From Podarcis vaucheri (lineage: Eukaryota): a stretch of DNA of 64,000 bases. This document shows, piece after piece, positions 1 through 64,000 of this stretch. The notes under the pieces are model-generated. The model had not been told where the DNA came from, did not search any database, and saw nothing but the letters and a program-made list of their open reading frames with translations. The DNA is taken from the NCBI GenBank assembly GCA_965113315.1, contig OZ220377.1. One strand, written 5' to 3'. Positions within the stretch are counted from its first letter, which is position 1; each line of letters begins with the position of its first letter. The position numbers were made by a program, and so were the translations under genes.

Positions 1-1877
1 TTAACTGGACAGTTATCAAGTAGCCCTTTGTCAACATCCTCCATGATTTCAGCTGTTCACCCAACATGCAAATGCCAGAAACCACGGGACCTTCCCTTGT
101 GATGGTCAACAGTCTCTGCATCATATTTAAGTTTCTTTCAGATATTTTAGGAATGCCCTCTCTAGCAGGCCATTGCCAAGCCCTTTAAAGTCTCATCCTA
201 ATGAAATTGTGCCTTTCTTCCACACCCACTTGGTGCTTTCGACCACAAAGAAAAACTATCCAATGAAATCCTGCCCAAATGCACCAGTTTTGTTAAAATT
301 TCCCCCTTGAAAGGCATTTAATATTCTCTCTGCATAGAAGCAAAGCCTGAAAATTACCTTAATTAGTTTAGGCACTGAGTCTGCTTGCTGATGGGGTGGA
401 ATCTTAAAATTGAGGTGCTAGGTATTGGATTTCTTGCATCTGCATTCTAGATCCATTTGAAATAGGATCCAAGAGCCCTCCAGAGTTTGGGCTGATCTGA
501 AGTAGATGGTTTTATATGCAAACTTCCCAAGGCTGGTGGGATGACTGAGAGAGCTCCTGGGAAGCACTGTGATAAGCCCCAGGACCACACAGCATGCAGT
601 TTCCATGCTTCCATGTGTTGCTGCAAATATTCCTGGCCCTATTAAAGCAGCTACTTCTAGCCCCCCACCCCCATTTTTGCAAGTCAAGGGTAGGGAAAGT
701 GCAGGCTGTATGATAGCCCCATCAGACTCTTAGAGATGTCTGGGGTCAGGGGGTCAGATGGAGGATTAGTGGCTTTGCTGATTCAGAATGGATCCAAATT
801 AAATTCAAATTACTTTCCAACACTTGGCAAATGTCCTCCAAGTTAATCGGATTCACGTGGAATCGTTCTGAATAGGATGGTGGAGGATGGGTGGACCAAC
901 TCACTTCTAGTCCCCGATGACCTTTAACTGTAAAAGGAAGGACTCTAAGCAAAGAAAGGAATAGCTCAAGCCTCCCACATAATTCCACAGTTAAGTGGAC
1001 CACTTTGCAAGGCTAACTTGTGCCCTCCGTCTTGAGGCAAGGATGCTGAAGGAAAGGGAGGCGGAAAAACAGGTGCAACTTGAGTTCCTGAAGCCCCAGC
1101 ATTGAGAAACACCACCAAGGGATGCAGGTACCCTCCGTCCAGCACATTTACAGAGGCATACAGGTTGCAGGCATGAGTGCATTGAAAGAGAGTGCAGCTT
1201 TACCTTTTCCTGGAATTGCTTAGCTCTTCCTTAGGGAAGCCCAATTTATGGGGCTTTTTTGGGTGGGATGCCTCTTGCCTTAATGTGGTTTCCAAAGGTA
1301 GGTCAACCACTCACCCACTGGGGAGCTTATCAGGCCCAAAGATAAGGGAAAGATGGCAGCTGCAGTCCACTCTGTCATCTTATGCAAAACCAGTAAGGGA
1401 GGGAGGGGGTGATTCTGCTGAAAGGGCGTTTGTGGTCATGGCCACAGTGTTGCACACACATCAGGCTGCGTTTTTTCCCCTACTGCAAGGCATTTCCCCT
1501 TTCAGACACTGCCCAGGAGCCGGAAAACACACCAAAAAAGCAGCTGCCTTCTCAACACCAGTGAGTGGCAGCTCTGGAGGAACCCAGTTACCTATTCTCT
1601 GAAGGGTAAAGACAACAACCACTGATGCTTTATGCATGTGTGTGTGTGTAAGAGAGAGAGAAAGAGATGTTTGAGTGTGAATGGGTTGTGTTTGTGACTT
1701 TGGTCCCAACCTGCACGTGCTCACCCCCTCCCACCTTGAAACAATCTCTAGAAAGGAATGCAGCCCTCCAGCTGAAAAAGATTTAGCACTACAGTCTAAA
1801 TGGAAGGGTACAAAACCAAAGGAAACCAAGCCTTTGTATGGCATTAAAAAAACACACCAAAAGAGTCCAACTGTCTA

Positions 1878-63985
<62,108 letters not shown>

Positions 63986-64000
63986 TTACACAAGCAAGGG

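Overview
Vertebrate genomic DNA, almost certainly a squamate and probably a lacertid lizard, judging by Sauria SINEs and a tRNA-Lys/CR1-tail SINE. The whole window lies inside CUX1 (cut-like homeobox 1) on the minus strand. I can trace 16 consecutive GT-AG coding exons (human-equivalent exons 4-19, 63919 down to 1883). They total 2872 nt with consistent phases and no stops, and encode the N-terminal coiled coil shared with the Golgi CASP isoform, CUT repeat 1 and CUT repeat 2. The start of the gene and the CUT3/homeodomain exons lie outside the window. Five exons (8, 12, 13, 14, 17) have no matching translation in the supplied ORF track. Introns carry SINEs, hAT and Tc1/mariner-type MITEs, L1, L2, CR1 and Rex1 LINE remnants, microsatellites and two assembly gaps. 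I found no new multi-gene system. The best leads are in splicing control: (i) an inverted repeat that could base-pair over the 3' splice site and 5' end of the 66-nt exon 16, and (ii) a CpG-rich 62-nt candidate exon just upstream of exon 14, which would act as a poison exon or an alternative N-terminus. Human exon numbering and isoform statements are from memory, not from a search.
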